Source: Octopus sinensis
Lineage: Eukaryota
Assembly (NCBI RefSeq): GCF_006345805.1
Contig: NW_021833252.1
Location: forward strand, 19,199-83,198
DNA: 64,000 nt
Reading direction: 5' to 3'
A program made the position numbers and the translations under genes. Below are positions 1 to 11,487 of the stretch, in pieces; position 1 is the stretch's first letter; every line of letters starts with the position of its first letter. Below the pieces are notes generated by a model. That model did no database searches, was not told the DNA's origin, and worked only from the letters and a program-made list of their open reading frames with translations.

Positions 1-1597
1 CCGTCGTGGGACGCTGGACCGACGGCCCGGTTGAGTTGCTCGGGGTCTGGTTTGATCCGGACCTCCAAGTGGAGAAGAACTGGAACGAGATAACGAGTAG
101 GGTGGTCACTCTCGCCCGGCAATGGGCCGAGAGGAAACTGTCCCTAAAAGGTCGAGCGGAGGTGGCGAACACGTACATCGCGTCCGTCATCTACTACCGC
201 CTGACCGTCGTACCTTGTCCCGACCCTACCATCACCAAACTACAACGCATCTTCTTCGCTTCTTGTGGAAAGGATGCGTCCCGATGGTCAGGCGATCCAT
301 TTGCTGTCAACACCCGTTAAAAGGAGGGCTGGGCATGCCGTGGTTGATGATGCGCAGACACGCGCTGAGACTGCGACATCTCTGGCTCTATGTAGACGAC
401 GGTGAACAGGTGTGGTCGCCGTTGTGAGGCACGCTTTCCCGCAGCTCGTCTCCATGACCGAACTGCAGTCGTGGATCAAAAAGAGGCCGAGGAAGGGCGA
501 ATGGCACCGCGAGTGTCGCGTTGCTCTCAAGCAACTCTGCCGTCCTGGGTCGACCTTAAGTGACTTCAAAACAACCAAAGCATTCTATAGGGGTTTAGTG
601 GAGGGGAGGTACGACGACGAGCTCGGGGCGAACCTGAACGTCGACGAGAGTACCTGACCCGCCTGTTCGGGACGACTTTCGGGCCAGGGCCCATGGACAA
701 CTTCCAGACATCCCTGGCCTGGCAGTGCTACCGAGAAGCGCTACCCGTTCGGGATAAGCTCTACAGACACGGCTCGAGAAACACGGGGCCGACCTGCCCG
801 TGATGCGGTCAGAGCGACGAAACCGTTCTGCACGCACTCGTTCAGTGGTCCACAATTCCGACCTGTGGGCTTATGTCGAACAACTGCTGTCACGTGTGGG
901 ACGAGTCGGTTTATCAGCTGTGTCTATCGTCAATATTGTCACGCCTCCTTCCTTCAAACGGGAAGGAAGAGCTATTTTCATCATCCTTGTGGCTATGGCG
1001 AAAGAATGTATCTGGTGGACGCGTCTGAAAGGATTGGAGACAAACACTTTCCTCTCTGGTCAATCTCTCATCAACTTCTTCAAGTACCACTTGAAAAGGA
1101 AAGTGAGAGTAGAGAGGCAAGGTTGTCTAGCGAATGTTTTAAAAAAAGATGGGTGAATGTAGCAAGAATGGCACGTATGAATGACGAAGCCACCTTGAGC
1201 ATAGTCCTATGAACCCAGAAATCGAAAACAGAGAGTTGCTTATTTGCAAAAAAAAAAAAGAAAAAAAAAAGAAATATAAAATGTGACTTCATTGACGAGG
1301 TTTACCGTGGTCTTTTCCGTAGGCTTTTCTTTCCACGGGTAACCTCACCTGTCCTCCCCTTACACTTCATATTGACATTTCTGTGATAACGATCCCTATT
1401 GATCAATTTTTTTTTCCTCCCCCCTTTTTTTTTTTTTTTTTTAACCCCCCTTTTGTCCTCTTTCTCTCCTTTTACGATCCCTTTTGATCGAAACTCCCCC
1501 TTCCTTTTTTTTTTTTTTCTTTTTAAACCTTCAAAAGAAAAGCTCTACCTTGTAATTTGTTCTATCTGTGTGCAGCCCTGTGTGGCTAATAAAGAAA
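1..1597 (+). mobile_element. 3' part of an L1/Tx1-clade LINE (frameshifted ORF2 C-terminus with zf-RVT-like region, plus 3' UTR)
   Basis: Pieces in different frames read LLGVWF..WAERKLSLKGRAEVANTYIASVIYY, FLWKG..PLKGGLGMP and LAWQCYREALPVRDKL..CP*CG..ETVLHAL, typical of L1/Tx1 ORF2. Stop at about 1212. UTR ends AATAAAGAAA followed by (TATC)n. Confidence 0.85.
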
Positions 1598-1625
1598 CAT
1601 ATCTATCTATCTATCTATCTACTTA

Positions 1626-1691
<66 letters not shown>

Positions 1692-1716
1692 ATCTATCTA
1701 TCTATCTATCTACTTA

Positions 1717-1777
<61 letters not shown>

Positions 1778-1920
1778 ATCTATCTATCTATTTGTCTGTC
1801 TGTCTGTCTGTCTCTCTCTATCTGTCTGTCTGTCTGTCTGTCTGCCTGCCTACCTGTCTCTATCTATCTATCTACTTATCTCTCTCTCTCTCTATCTCTC
1901 TCTCTCTCTATCTATCTATG

Positions 1921-2015
<95 letters not shown>

Positions 2016-2120
2016 GTCTACCTATCTATCTGCCTACTTGTCTGTCTGTCTGCCAGTCTATCTCTCTCTTTCTCTCTCTCTCTCTTTATCTATCTATATC
2101 TTTCCCTGTTTGTCTGTCTC

Positions 2121-2176
<56 letters not shown>
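1598..2176. repeat. Compound microsatellite (TATC)n/(TC)n/(TGTC)n
   Basis: Direct reading. Explains the LSIY-type ORFs. Confidence 0.97.
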
Positions 2177-2178
<2 letters not shown>

Positions 2179-2669
2179 CATACGTATATCTATCAACCTA
2201 CCACGTGAATGCGTTTTCACAAAAACACGCGATGGCCAATTGCAAGTCTTGAAACACGAATCACGTTGCACGGAAAAGCAAAAAGATCCTAATCCCTTCT
2301 CTCTCTCATTTACAGCTTAGTAGCTTTCTTATTGCCCCCCCCCTCTATCTCTCTCTCTCTCTCTCTCAAGCTCTTCCCGTTGAGCCCTCTTCCTCTTCAT
2401 CTCCCTCCCCCTTTATTCCTCTGATGCGGCCATTAGTTAAAACACATTTGTGGTGTGTGTGTGTGTGTGTGAGAGTATGTAAGAAGATCTCGAAACAACG
2501 GGTCAGCAGAATGCATCTTTTATCTCTTAGTTGCCCTCGCTTGAGCGGGTTTGACAACTCAGCACCGTCCATTGGACGGGGGTCGTTTTGCTCCTAAGTG
2601 TATATTTTGGGTTCTCTCATCCCGTTTTATTCTTTTAAGACAGATATTTGTCATGAAGCCAATTTTTAA

Positions 2670-2891
2670 TTACTCTTACTCTTACTCTTACTTGTTTCAG
2701 TCATTTGACTGCGGCCATGCTGGAGCACCGCCTTTAGTCGAGCAAATCGACACCCGGACTTATTCTTTGTAAGCCCAGTACTTATTCTATCGGTCTCTTT
2801 TGCCGAACCGCTAAGTGACGGGGACGTAAACACACCAGCATCGGTTGTCAAGCAATGCTAGGGGGACAAACAGACACACACATACATATAC

Positions 2892-2922
<31 letters not shown>

Positions 2923-2996
2923 AATATATACATATATACGACAGGCTTCTTTCAGTTTCCGTCTACCAAATCCACTCACAAGGCATTGGTTGGCCT
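2670..2996 (-). mobile_element. SINE family A, 5'-truncated
   Basis: Matches the fuller copies at 5441-5838 and 62639-63027. Internal (TA)/(CA) tract and (AAGAGT)n tail. Confidence 0.85.
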
Positions 2997-3095
2997 GTAA
3001 TTAATAGAGCATAGTTAGGGGTAATTATCTCTTTAAGACGAATTAAAACATACCCTGTTAACTAAATGTGTATGATTATTGTTATATACAAAATA

Positions 3096-3573
3096 TACTC
3101 TTTTACTTGTTTCAGTCAGTTGACTGCGGCCATGCTGGAGCACTGCCTTTTAGTCGAGCAAATCGACCCCGGGACTTATTCTTTTGTAAGCCCAGTACTC
3201 ATTCTATCGGTCTCTTTTTGCCGAACCGCTAAGTGACGGGGACGTAAACACACAAGCATCGGTTGTCAAGCAATGCTAGAGGGACAAACACAGACACACA
3301 AACATATACACACACATACATATATATATATACATACGGCGGTGGTGCCCCAGCATGGCCGCGGCCTTCGGGCAAAAACATTTTTAAGGATTTAAGGATA
3401 CATATATATACGACAGGCTACTTTCAGTTTCCGTCTACCAAATCCACTCACAAGGCTTTGGTCGACCCAAGGCTATTGTAGAAGACGCCTGGTCAAGGTG
3501 CCACACAGTGGGACTGAACCCGGAACCATGAGGTTGGTAAGCAAGCTATTTACCACACAGCCACTCCTACGCC
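3096..3573 (-). mobile_element. SINE family A, full length, with a short foreign insert at about 3338-3400
   Basis: Minus-strand head GGAGTGGCTGTGTGGTAA (A-box-like) and GGTTCAGTCCC (B-box-like). Family tail present. Confidence 0.85.
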
Positions 3574-3589
3574 TATATGTATGTGTCAT

Positions 3590-3758
3590 ATACATATATA
3601 CGACGGGCTTCTTTCAGTTTCCGTCTACCAAATCCACTCACAAGGCATTGGTCGGCCCGAGGCTATAGTAGAAGACAGTTGCCCAAGGTGCCACGCAGTG
3701 GGACTGAACCCGGAACCATGTGGTTGGTAAGCAAGCTACTTACCACACAGCCACTCCT
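3590..3758 (-). mobile_element. SINE family A, head half
   Basis: Repeats 3405-3570. Confidence 0.8.
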
Positions 3759-3812
3759 ATGTATTTATTTTTGTTATGTACGCCAAATGAGTAGTGCCCG
3801 GCAAAAATGAGT

Positions 3813-3978
3813 GGTACCTGTATTTCAAAGGTCCAGCCTTGTCGCATTGTGTCACACTGAATCGTTAAGGGTACACGTGTCTGTGGAGTGCTCAGCCACT
3901 TGCACGTTAGCTTCATGATTAGGCCGTTCCGTTGATTTGATCAACTGGAGCGCTCGTCGTCGCAACCGACGGAGTGCC
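3813..3978 (+). mobile_element. SINE family C, diverged 3' fragment
   Basis: Similar to the reverse complement of 47243-47960 (GTACCTGTATTTCAAAGG...CCGACGGAGTGC). Confidence 0.75.
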
Positions 3979-4085
3979 AGCTATGTACACACGACGTAAA
4001 TCAATTCATTCGACTGACAAGTTTAGATGAGCAGATACAATAGGTCTTCAAGAAACTATTAGACTATTGCCAAGAGGTGTACGCT

Positions 4086-5050
4086 GGCGGCGAGCTGGCA
4101 GAAACGTTAGCACGCCGGGCGAAATGCTTAGCGGTATTTCGTCTGCGTTACGTTGTGAGTTCAAATTCCGCCGAGGTCGACTTTGCCTTTCATCCTTTCG
4201 GGGTCGATTAAATAAGTACCAGTTACGCACTGGGGTCGATGTAATCGACTTAACCCCTCTGTCTGTCCTTGTTTGTCCCCTCTATGTTTAGCCCCTTGTG
4301 GGTAATAAAGAAATATGTATTTCGTCTGTCTTTGCGTTCTGAGTTCAAATTCCGCCAAGGTCGACTTTGCCTTTCATCCTTTCGGGGTCGATTAAATAAG
4401 TACCAGTTACGCACTGGGGTCGATGTAATCGACTTAACCCCTCTGTCTGTCCTTGTTTGTCCCCTCTATGTTTAGCCCCTTGTGGGTAATAAAGAAATAG
4501 GTATTTCGTCTGTCTTTACGTTCTGAGTTCGAATTCCGCCGAGGTCGACTTTACCTTTCATCCTTTCAGAGTCGATTAAATAAGTACCAGTTACGCACTG
4601 GGGTCAATGTAGTCGACCTAATCCCTTTGTCTGTCCTTGTTTGTCCCCTCTATGTTTAGCCCCTTGTGGGTAGTAAAGAAACAGGTATTTCGTCTGCTGT
4701 TACGTTCTGAGTTCGAATTCTGCAGAGCTCGACTTTGCCTTTCATCCTTTCGGGGTCGATTAAATAAGTACCAGTTACGCACTGGGGTCGATGTAATCGA
4801 CTTAATCCCTTTGTCTGTCCTTGTTTGTCCCCTCTATGTTTAGCCCCTTGTGGGTAGTAAAGAAACAGGTATTTCGTCTGCTGTTACGATCTGAGTTCGA
4901 ATTCTGCAGAGCTCGACTTTGCCTTTCATCCTTTCGGGGTCGATTAAATAAGTACCATTTACGCACTGGGGTCGATGTAATCGACTTAATCCCTTTGTCT
5001 GTTCTTGTTTGTCCCCTCTATGTTTATCCCCTAGTGGGCAATAAAGAAAT
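4086..5050 (+). mobile_element. SINE family B pentamer: one full copy plus four 184-bp headless units, within one 14-bp TSD
   Basis: Units restart at GTATTTCGTCTG every 184 bp. AAGAGGTGTACGCT at 4072-4085 and 5051-5064. Confidence 0.9.
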
Positions 5051-5099
5051 AAGAGGTGTACGCTTCCTTTTTAGATTTCGATATGAGCATATAATGGCG

Positions 5100-6535
5100 T
5101 ACAGCGGGTTATGCTGTCATGGGTTTTTAATGAGTTCGGGATTGTCGTGAAGTCCCTATACAAATGCCCAGATGTTTGTGTTCAGATAAATGGTGATCAG
5201 TCGAAACCTTTCAAAACGTGGGTGTTGGACTTTGGCAGAGATGTGGTATTGTCACCTTTCCTTTCCGTAATTATTATAAACTGGATTGACATGTGTAACC
5301 GTTTGCGATGTTCCTCTACCCTTATTTTGAGGGGTGCGGCATGTTTCGCCTTTGTATAACCTACCACAGCTGCATGGGATGGAGTACCCGCAGTCCTTGG
5401 TCATATTCTCTTCTATTGGTGGTTTCACTCGAAGGAGATATTTTACTTTCTTTTACTTGTTTCAGTCATTTGACTGCGGCCATGCTGGAGCACCGCCTTT
5501 TTTAATCGAGCAACTCGACCCCGGGACTTATTCTTTGTAAGCCCAGTACTTATTCTATCGGGCTCTTTTGCCGAACCGCTAAGTAACGGGGACATAAATA
5601 CACCAGCATCGGTTGTCAAGCAATGCTAGGGGGACAAACACAGACACACAAACACACACACACATACATATATATGACAGGTTTCTTTCAGTTTCCGTCT
5701 ACCAAATTCACTCACAAGGCATTAGTCGGCCCGGTGCTTTAGTAGAAGACACTTGCCCAAGATGCCACGCAGTGGGACTGAACCCGGAACCATGTAGTTG
5801 GTTAGCAAGCTACTTACCACACAGCCACTCCTGCGCCTAAGGTATTTTTTCACATAGGGTAGACAGACTTTGCTCCTTTGAAGAAAGTCTTTCTGGAGCC
5901 CTCTGCTTGTAAGTGGAAAACCATTGAGACGAATAGGGAAATGTAAGTACCTGTGGGTGGGGTGGGGTGGGGCATATTGTCGAGTGATGGGAAGGAGGAG
6001 GCTGAACTGCATGCTAGAATTGCAGTTGATGCCACAGTAATGAGCCAGGTCAAGCGTTCGATCTTCAGAAGAGGAGAGGCTAGTAAAAATGTCAAACTCT
6101 TAAATTTGGTTTCCGTGTCAATCCTTACTTATGGTTATGAATATTGAACAGTAACCGATAAAGTGCAATTGTGAATGCCAGCAGCCGAAATGAGGTCCTT
6201 CCTAGGAGCCTCTGTAATGTCCATTGCTCGACAGCGTGTGCAGCTCAGAGGCCAGGAGTCTCTTCAGGCCGAGCCGCTACTTCTCCTAAATGAGAGGTCA
6301 CATCTCTGGTCAGAATTTTACTGGAAAGAATCGTAAGACAGATTCTTGAAGCCAAGCCAACTGGTAGGAGACCTAGGGGTAAACCAAGGACGAGAGGATT
6401 TGGTAGTATCCTTTGTCTCAGTTGGTCGTTCTTAGGCATCTAGCCAGGAAGCATAATAAGCAGTTGCTTCTGACAGGACCCTATGAAGGAGGTGCTTGAG
6501 GACTCACCCCCAACAACACACAGAACTTGGAATAG
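5100..6535 (+). mobile_element. Old RTE-clade LINE fragment (RT to C-terminus), interrupted by a SINE A
   Basis: KSLYKCPDVCVQINGDQSKPF..VLSPFL, SILTYGYE, AAEMR and RIVRQILEAKPTGRRPRGKPRTR in broken frames. Confidence 0.7.
5441..5838 (-). mobile_element. SINE family A, full length
   Basis: tRNA-like head at about 5770-5838 on the minus strand. Family tail at 5441-5500. Confidence 0.88.
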
Positions 6536-6549
6536 ACCAAGTATGAAGT

Positions 6550-7149
6550 TCCTTCCCGAGCCATCCCTGACTCATAAGGGCCGGTTTCCCGGTTTCCTTG
6601 GCGTATAGGATTCCCCACCTGGACGGAACGTCGGTCCATCGCAGGTGAGCTGCAAGATGCAGGAGGAAAGAGTGAGAGAAAGTCGTGGTGAAAGAGTCAG
6701 CAGAAGTTCACCATTACCTTCTGCCGGAGCCGCATGGAGCTTGTGTGTTTCGCTCGTAAACACACACATCGTCTGGTCTGAGATTCGAACCCGCGATCCC
6801 TCGACCGCGCGTCCGCTGCTCTAACCACTAGGCCATGTGCCTCCACAAAAATGTTCCTTCTCGAGCCATGCCTGGCTCATAAGGCCGGTTTCCCGGTTTC
6901 TTTGGCGTATAGGTTCCCCACCTGGACGGGACGCCGGTCCGTCACAGGTGAGCTGCAAGATGCAGGAGGAAAGAGTGAGAGAAAGTTCTGGCGAAAGAAT
7001 CAGCAGAAGTTTCGCAATTACCTTCTGCCGGAGCCGCATAGAGCTTAGGTGTTTCGCTCATAAACACACACATCGCCCGGTCTGAGATAGGAACCCGCGA
7101 TCCCACGACCGCGAGTCCGCTGCTCTAACCACTAGGCCATGTGCCTCCA
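6550..7149 (-). mobile_element. Head-to-tail dimer of SINE family D (tRNA head plus V-domain-like core), within one TSD
   Basis: Two ~300-bp copies with TGGCCTAGTGG and GGTTCGAATC boxes. CAAGTATGAAGT at 6538-6549 and 7150-7161. Confidence 0.88.
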
Positions 7150-7303
7150 CAAGTATGAAGTAGTTAGATGATATCCATAGCCCGTGTTGGTCATGCTTGG
7201 GAATCCAGTGAGAAAGTGTAATGGCAGTTACTTCTGGAAGGACCCTGTGGAGGAGGTGCTTTAGGACTCTATCCCTACAACAGCCATGAGACCTTGGGGT
7301 AGA

Positions 7304-7515
7304 CTAAAAAGTTCCTAGCTTTGAGTAAAAGAAAATAGAGGAAGATCAGTTGATTATGATTTTATTCAACGTATTCCCCTCTCAGACTCACACACTTATT
7401 GCAGCGGTCCTTCAGTTTTTCTATGCCCTATAAAAAAACTTGGAAGGTTGAGCCTCCAAGCAGGCCCTTCGCGATACCCTTAAGACCAGGAGCTTTTCAG
7501 CACCGCCCTCCTGTA
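7304..7515 (-). mobile_element. Mariner-derived MITE
   Basis: Minus strand encodes LKDRCNKCVSLRGEYVE*, a mariner C-terminus. Degenerate TIRs CTGAAAAGYTCCTRG. The end matches 56893-56938. Confidence 0.7.
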
Positions 7516-7713
7516 TGTCCACCTCAACGTACGTTGGTAATTGTTCCGAACTCGTGCGACCTAACTCGAAAACCGACGTAACACGAAACCCATCTTAAAA
7601 TAGATATTAGCTTATATCTGTCTTAATAAATGGTTTTATCTTTTTTATTTTTTACTTGTTTCAGTTATTTAGTTGCGGCCATAGTGGAGCACCGCCTTTT
7701 TAAAAGCCTGGTA

Positions 7714-8235
7714 CAGTAAATCCTCGAGTATAGTCCGCCCTTGAGTATAATGCGCAGGGGATTTTTAGGGGGCTATATCTCTGAAAAACCTAAACCTTGC
7801 GTATAATACGCAACTCTTCTCTAACTTGAGTCGTGCGTAATTAAGCCATCAGCACCCAGTCGAACAAACACTTCCGCGCATGCATGATACAATAATGGTG
7901 ATGTTCTTAACTGTTATATGGGAATGTAAATATGTTTGCAAATTGTTTTTGTTACATGCTATTCTGTGTTCTGAATACTTTTATTTTAATAAATGTTGCT
8001 TATTGCAAGTTATGGATGATTCTTTTATGACTTCATTGCTTTCAGGCTTAGCTTAAGGTATTTTTGTGCTGGACATCACAAAATGCGTCTGAATAAACAT
8101 TGCCGGACAGCAAATAGAGACTCAGACATTGCTTAGAAAATAATTTTCCTTTTTAACCTCGTATATAATACGCACTAGGGGTTTTGATCTTTAAATTTTG
8201 GGAAAAAAATGCGGATTATACTCGAGGATTTACGG
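7714..8235. mobile_element. Tc1/pogo-type MITE with TA TSD, nested in a SINE A remnant (7650-8277)
   Basis: TA|CAGTAAATCCTCGAGTATAGTCCGC ... GCGGATTATACTCGAGGATTTACGG|TA. Removing it rejoins SINE A as AAGCCTGGTA-CTTATTCTATCGG. Confidence 0.85.
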
Positions 8236-8421
8236 TACTTATTCTATCGGGAGCTTGTAGTCGAACCGTTAAGTTACCCAATATTTCTGATGTTGTAACC
8301 GCGTTTCTGCATTCGAAAATAGATTATCTTCTTCTTAGTATTTCACAATACACATTTCGACGCTTATAAAAAAAACAACAACAAAAAACAAATGTTTGTT
8401 TATATTTATATACACGTAGTT

Positions 8422-8652
8422 AAGGCGGCGAGCTGGCAGAAACGTTAGCACGCCGGGCGAAATGCGTAGCCGTATTTCCTCTGCCGTTACGTTTTGAGTT
8501 CAAATTCCGTCGAGGTCGACTTTGCCTTTCATTCTTTCGGACGCGATAAATTAAGTACCAGTTTCGCACTGGGGTCGATGTAATCGACTTAATCCGTTTG
8601 TCTGTCCTTGTTTGTCCCCTCTATGTTTAGCCCCTTTTGGGTAGTAAAGAAA
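8422..8652 (+). mobile_element. SINE family B, full length, 15-bp TSD
   Basis: TATATACACGTAGTT at 8407-8421 and 8653-8667. Confidence 0.9.
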
Positions 8653-8894
8653 TATATACACGTAGTTGTGCATTTAGCTTCAGGGCGTCTAAAATCGCGG
8701 ATTAATTTGTCAGCGCACAGTTTGACTTAATGGTAAAGCACTTGGCTGGAGTCTTAGAGATGTGGGTTCAAGTCCCATGACTGTTTGTTGACAAATTTTT
8801 CCGCTTTGTAAGGGTAATTTACCCAATATTCCTGCGGTTTTTCTTCGTTCGAAAATAAATTATCATCTTATTTGTATAGTACAGTACAAATTTC

Positions 8895-9208
8895 GGGAGA
8901 CGCAATGGCCTTGTGGTTAGGGCAGCGGACTCGCGGTCGGAGGATCGCGGTTTCGATTTCCAGACCGGGCGCTGTGTGTGTTTATTGAGCGAAAACACCT
9001 AAAAGCTCTACGAGTCTCCTGCAGGGGGTGGTGGCGACCCCTGTTGTACTCTTTCGCCCCAAGTTCTCTCACTCTTTGTTCCTGTTTCTTGAGTAACGCT
9101 GCGATGGACTGGCGTCCCGTCCAGCCGGGGGAAACACTTACCCTACAGAAACCGGGAAATCGGGCCCATGAGCCTGGCTAGGCTTGAAAAAGGCGCATAA
9201 AAAAAAAA
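8895..9208 (+). mobile_element. Mosaic SINE: family-C-type head with family-D-type core, poly(A) end
   Basis: The head resembles the reverse complement of 48330-48498. The core CTGCGATGGACTGGCGTCCCGTCCAG..GAAACCGGG is like family D. Confidence 0.8.
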
Positions 9209-9248
9209 TGTATATATAAATATTTATAAACAAGCAAATGTTTGATTA

Positions 9249-9632
9249 TCTCTCTCTATATAAACGGCAGTTTGTCTGTGCGTGTTTCTGTGTGTCTGTT
9301 TGCTTGTACCCTCACCCTGACCACGGCTTTCAACCGATTCTGATGAAACTTGACACACACATAGCCCAATGTCATAATTCAAAACTAACGCAGCGAAAAT
9401 TTTGAAAAGTTCCCCCAGTTCTGAAAAAAATCGATAAATTCGACATGGGGTCGAGAATCAGAAACACGAACCACAAACTGTCTAGGGGACGCAACTCCAC
9501 CTTTTTTAAATCTCAAAAAAAATTTACCATCATTTTTTTCCATTTTTTTGCTATTTTTTGGCTATAACTCTCTAAAAATGCTTTATAGTTATTTCCCTTA
9601 CAAACCTGAGCAACGCCGGGCGATACTGCTAG
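9249..9632 (+). mobile_element. Non-autonomous Helitron, complete
   Basis: A|TC start, subterminal hairpin-like CCTGAGCAACGCCGGG, CTAG|T end, no TSD. Confidence 0.8.
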
Positions 9633-9734
9633 TATTATATATATGGCGGGCTTCTGTTAGTTTCCGTCTACCAAATCCACTCACAATCCGTGTGGTTAGG
9701 AAACAAACCACACAGCCAGACCTGCTCTTTTGTG

Positions 9735-10296
9735 TTAGTTAGTTAGTTAGTTAGTTAATTTTGGGGCTCAAAAAGCAAAAAGCAAGGCCATGTAGGGGGA
9801 CATAGAGTTATGTACAGGGAGGGTGTTCATGCAAAGAGTTCAGGCCATTTCTGGTCAAGAGAGACTTTGAACCGAGCAGTCGTCGGCATCTTCACTATCC
9901 CGTCCGGCAGCTTATTCCACGTATCCGCAACCCGGACGGAGAAAGCCCCTCTCCTTCGATTGAGATGAAATCGTCGCAGATAGAGCTTTTCGGAGTGACC
10001 CCGCAGCTGACACTCTGGAGCAGGAGTGAAGAACAGCTCTTTCGAGAGGTTACACTTTCTGCTTATGATGTATGTAATGTGTGTATGTATGTTAAGTTAA
10101 GTTAATTTTTTGGCTCAAAAAGCAAAAAGTAAGGCCATGTAGGGGGACATAGTGTTATGTACAGGGAGGGTGTTCATGCAAAGAGTTCAGGCCATTTCTG
10201 GTCAAGAGAGACTTTGAACCGAGCGGTCGTCGGCATCTTCACTATCTCGTCCGGCAGCTTATTCCACGGATCCGCAACCCGGACGAAGAAAGCCCC
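9735..10296 (-). mobile_element. Two adjacent 5'-truncated CR1-clade LINE 3' ends (9735-10070 and 10091-10296)
   Basis: Minus strand reads LRGHSEKLYLRRFHLNRRRGAFSVRVADTWNKLPDGIVKMPTTARFKVSLDQKWPELFA*. (CTAA)n-type tail. Confidence 0.85.
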
Positions 10297-10633
10297 GAAT
10301 CTTGGGATCTATTCGTTCTCATTCGTAAAATAAACACCCCCCCCTTAATTTTGCTCAGATTGTTTTCAATTTTGATGTATCGATGCAACTCTGAATTTTG
10401 ATTATGATCAACCAATTACTTTATCTCGTAAATTAAAGAATCTGATGTTATTTGGAATTAAATTTGAGAAATTTGGGTAACTTTAGCCAATCAACAGACA
10501 GCATGGCATTAGCGGTTTGTTACCATGACAACCACACGCTGTATTGTGGTTCACTGTTGTTTGTGTTGCTGTTGTCTATGTTGATTTTTCACTCTTAATT
10601 CTTCACACCACGAAGAATTAAGAATTAATTTTT

Positions 10634-10789
10634 GTGTGGCTGTGTGATAAGTAGCTTGCTTACCAACCGCATGGTTCTGGGTTCAGTCCCACTGCGTGGC
10701 ACCTTGGGCAGGTCTCTTCTACTATAGCCTCGAGCCGACCAAAGCCTTGTGAGTGGATTTGGTAGACGGAAACCGAAAGAAACCCGTCG

Positions 10790-10824
<35 letters not shown>

Positions 10825-11061
10825 GTGTGTGTGTATGTGTTTGTGTGTCTGTGTTTGTCCCCCCAACATCGCTTAACAACCGATGCTGGTGTGTTTACGT
10901 CCCCGTAACTTAGCGGTTCGGCAAAAGAGGCCGATAGAATTAAGTACTAGGCTTACAAAGAATAAGTCCCGGGGTCGATTTGCTCGACTAAAAAAGGCGG
11001 TGCTCCAGCGTGGCCGCAGTCAAATGACTGAAACAAGTAAAAGTGTAAAAAGAGTAAAGAG
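10634..11061 (+). mobile_element. SINE family A
   Basis: A/B boxes, internal (TA)/(TG) tract and family tail. Confidence 0.88.
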
Positions 11062-11487
11062 TTTGTATATTACATATTTTTCTGTGCCTTTTTTTCTGTG
11101 TGTTAGTATTTTTACATATTTTTTATTTCATATATTTTTGGGACTCATTGACTCAGATAGCTGGATTTATGATTTCACTAGGTTAATTCTGTTTATAAAA
11201 ATTTAAATTAGGAGTATTACTTAAACCTTTAACCTCATATTTCAACAGCTTAACTGAAATTTAACCCACGTAACGGCAACTGAGAGGGATATCGGTGGAA
11301 CAGAAACTGTGAGTACTACAGCTAATTTGACATTATTTTTGAATTCTGCATGCAAAAACATATACAATACAGGTATTCTTTTCTTTGGGACAAATTCTTT
11401 GTTGACCAGTGTTATTATTATCGTAGCAATTTTGGAGACAGACCCTAACCCTAACCCTAACCCTTCACACATACACGAATGCATAAA

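Noticed and set aside
1399-2320. 241- and 250-aa ORFs
   Set aside because: They are translations of (TATC)n and (TC)n.
6770-6846. tRNA genes at SINE heads (also 48425-48498 and 59080-59150)
   Set aside because: A/B boxes are present, but they continue into SINE bodies within TSDs and I could not confirm a complete cloverleaf.
11443-11463. Telomere or fusion site at (CCCTAA)3
   Set aside because: Only three units in an interstitial position, probably repeat-borne.
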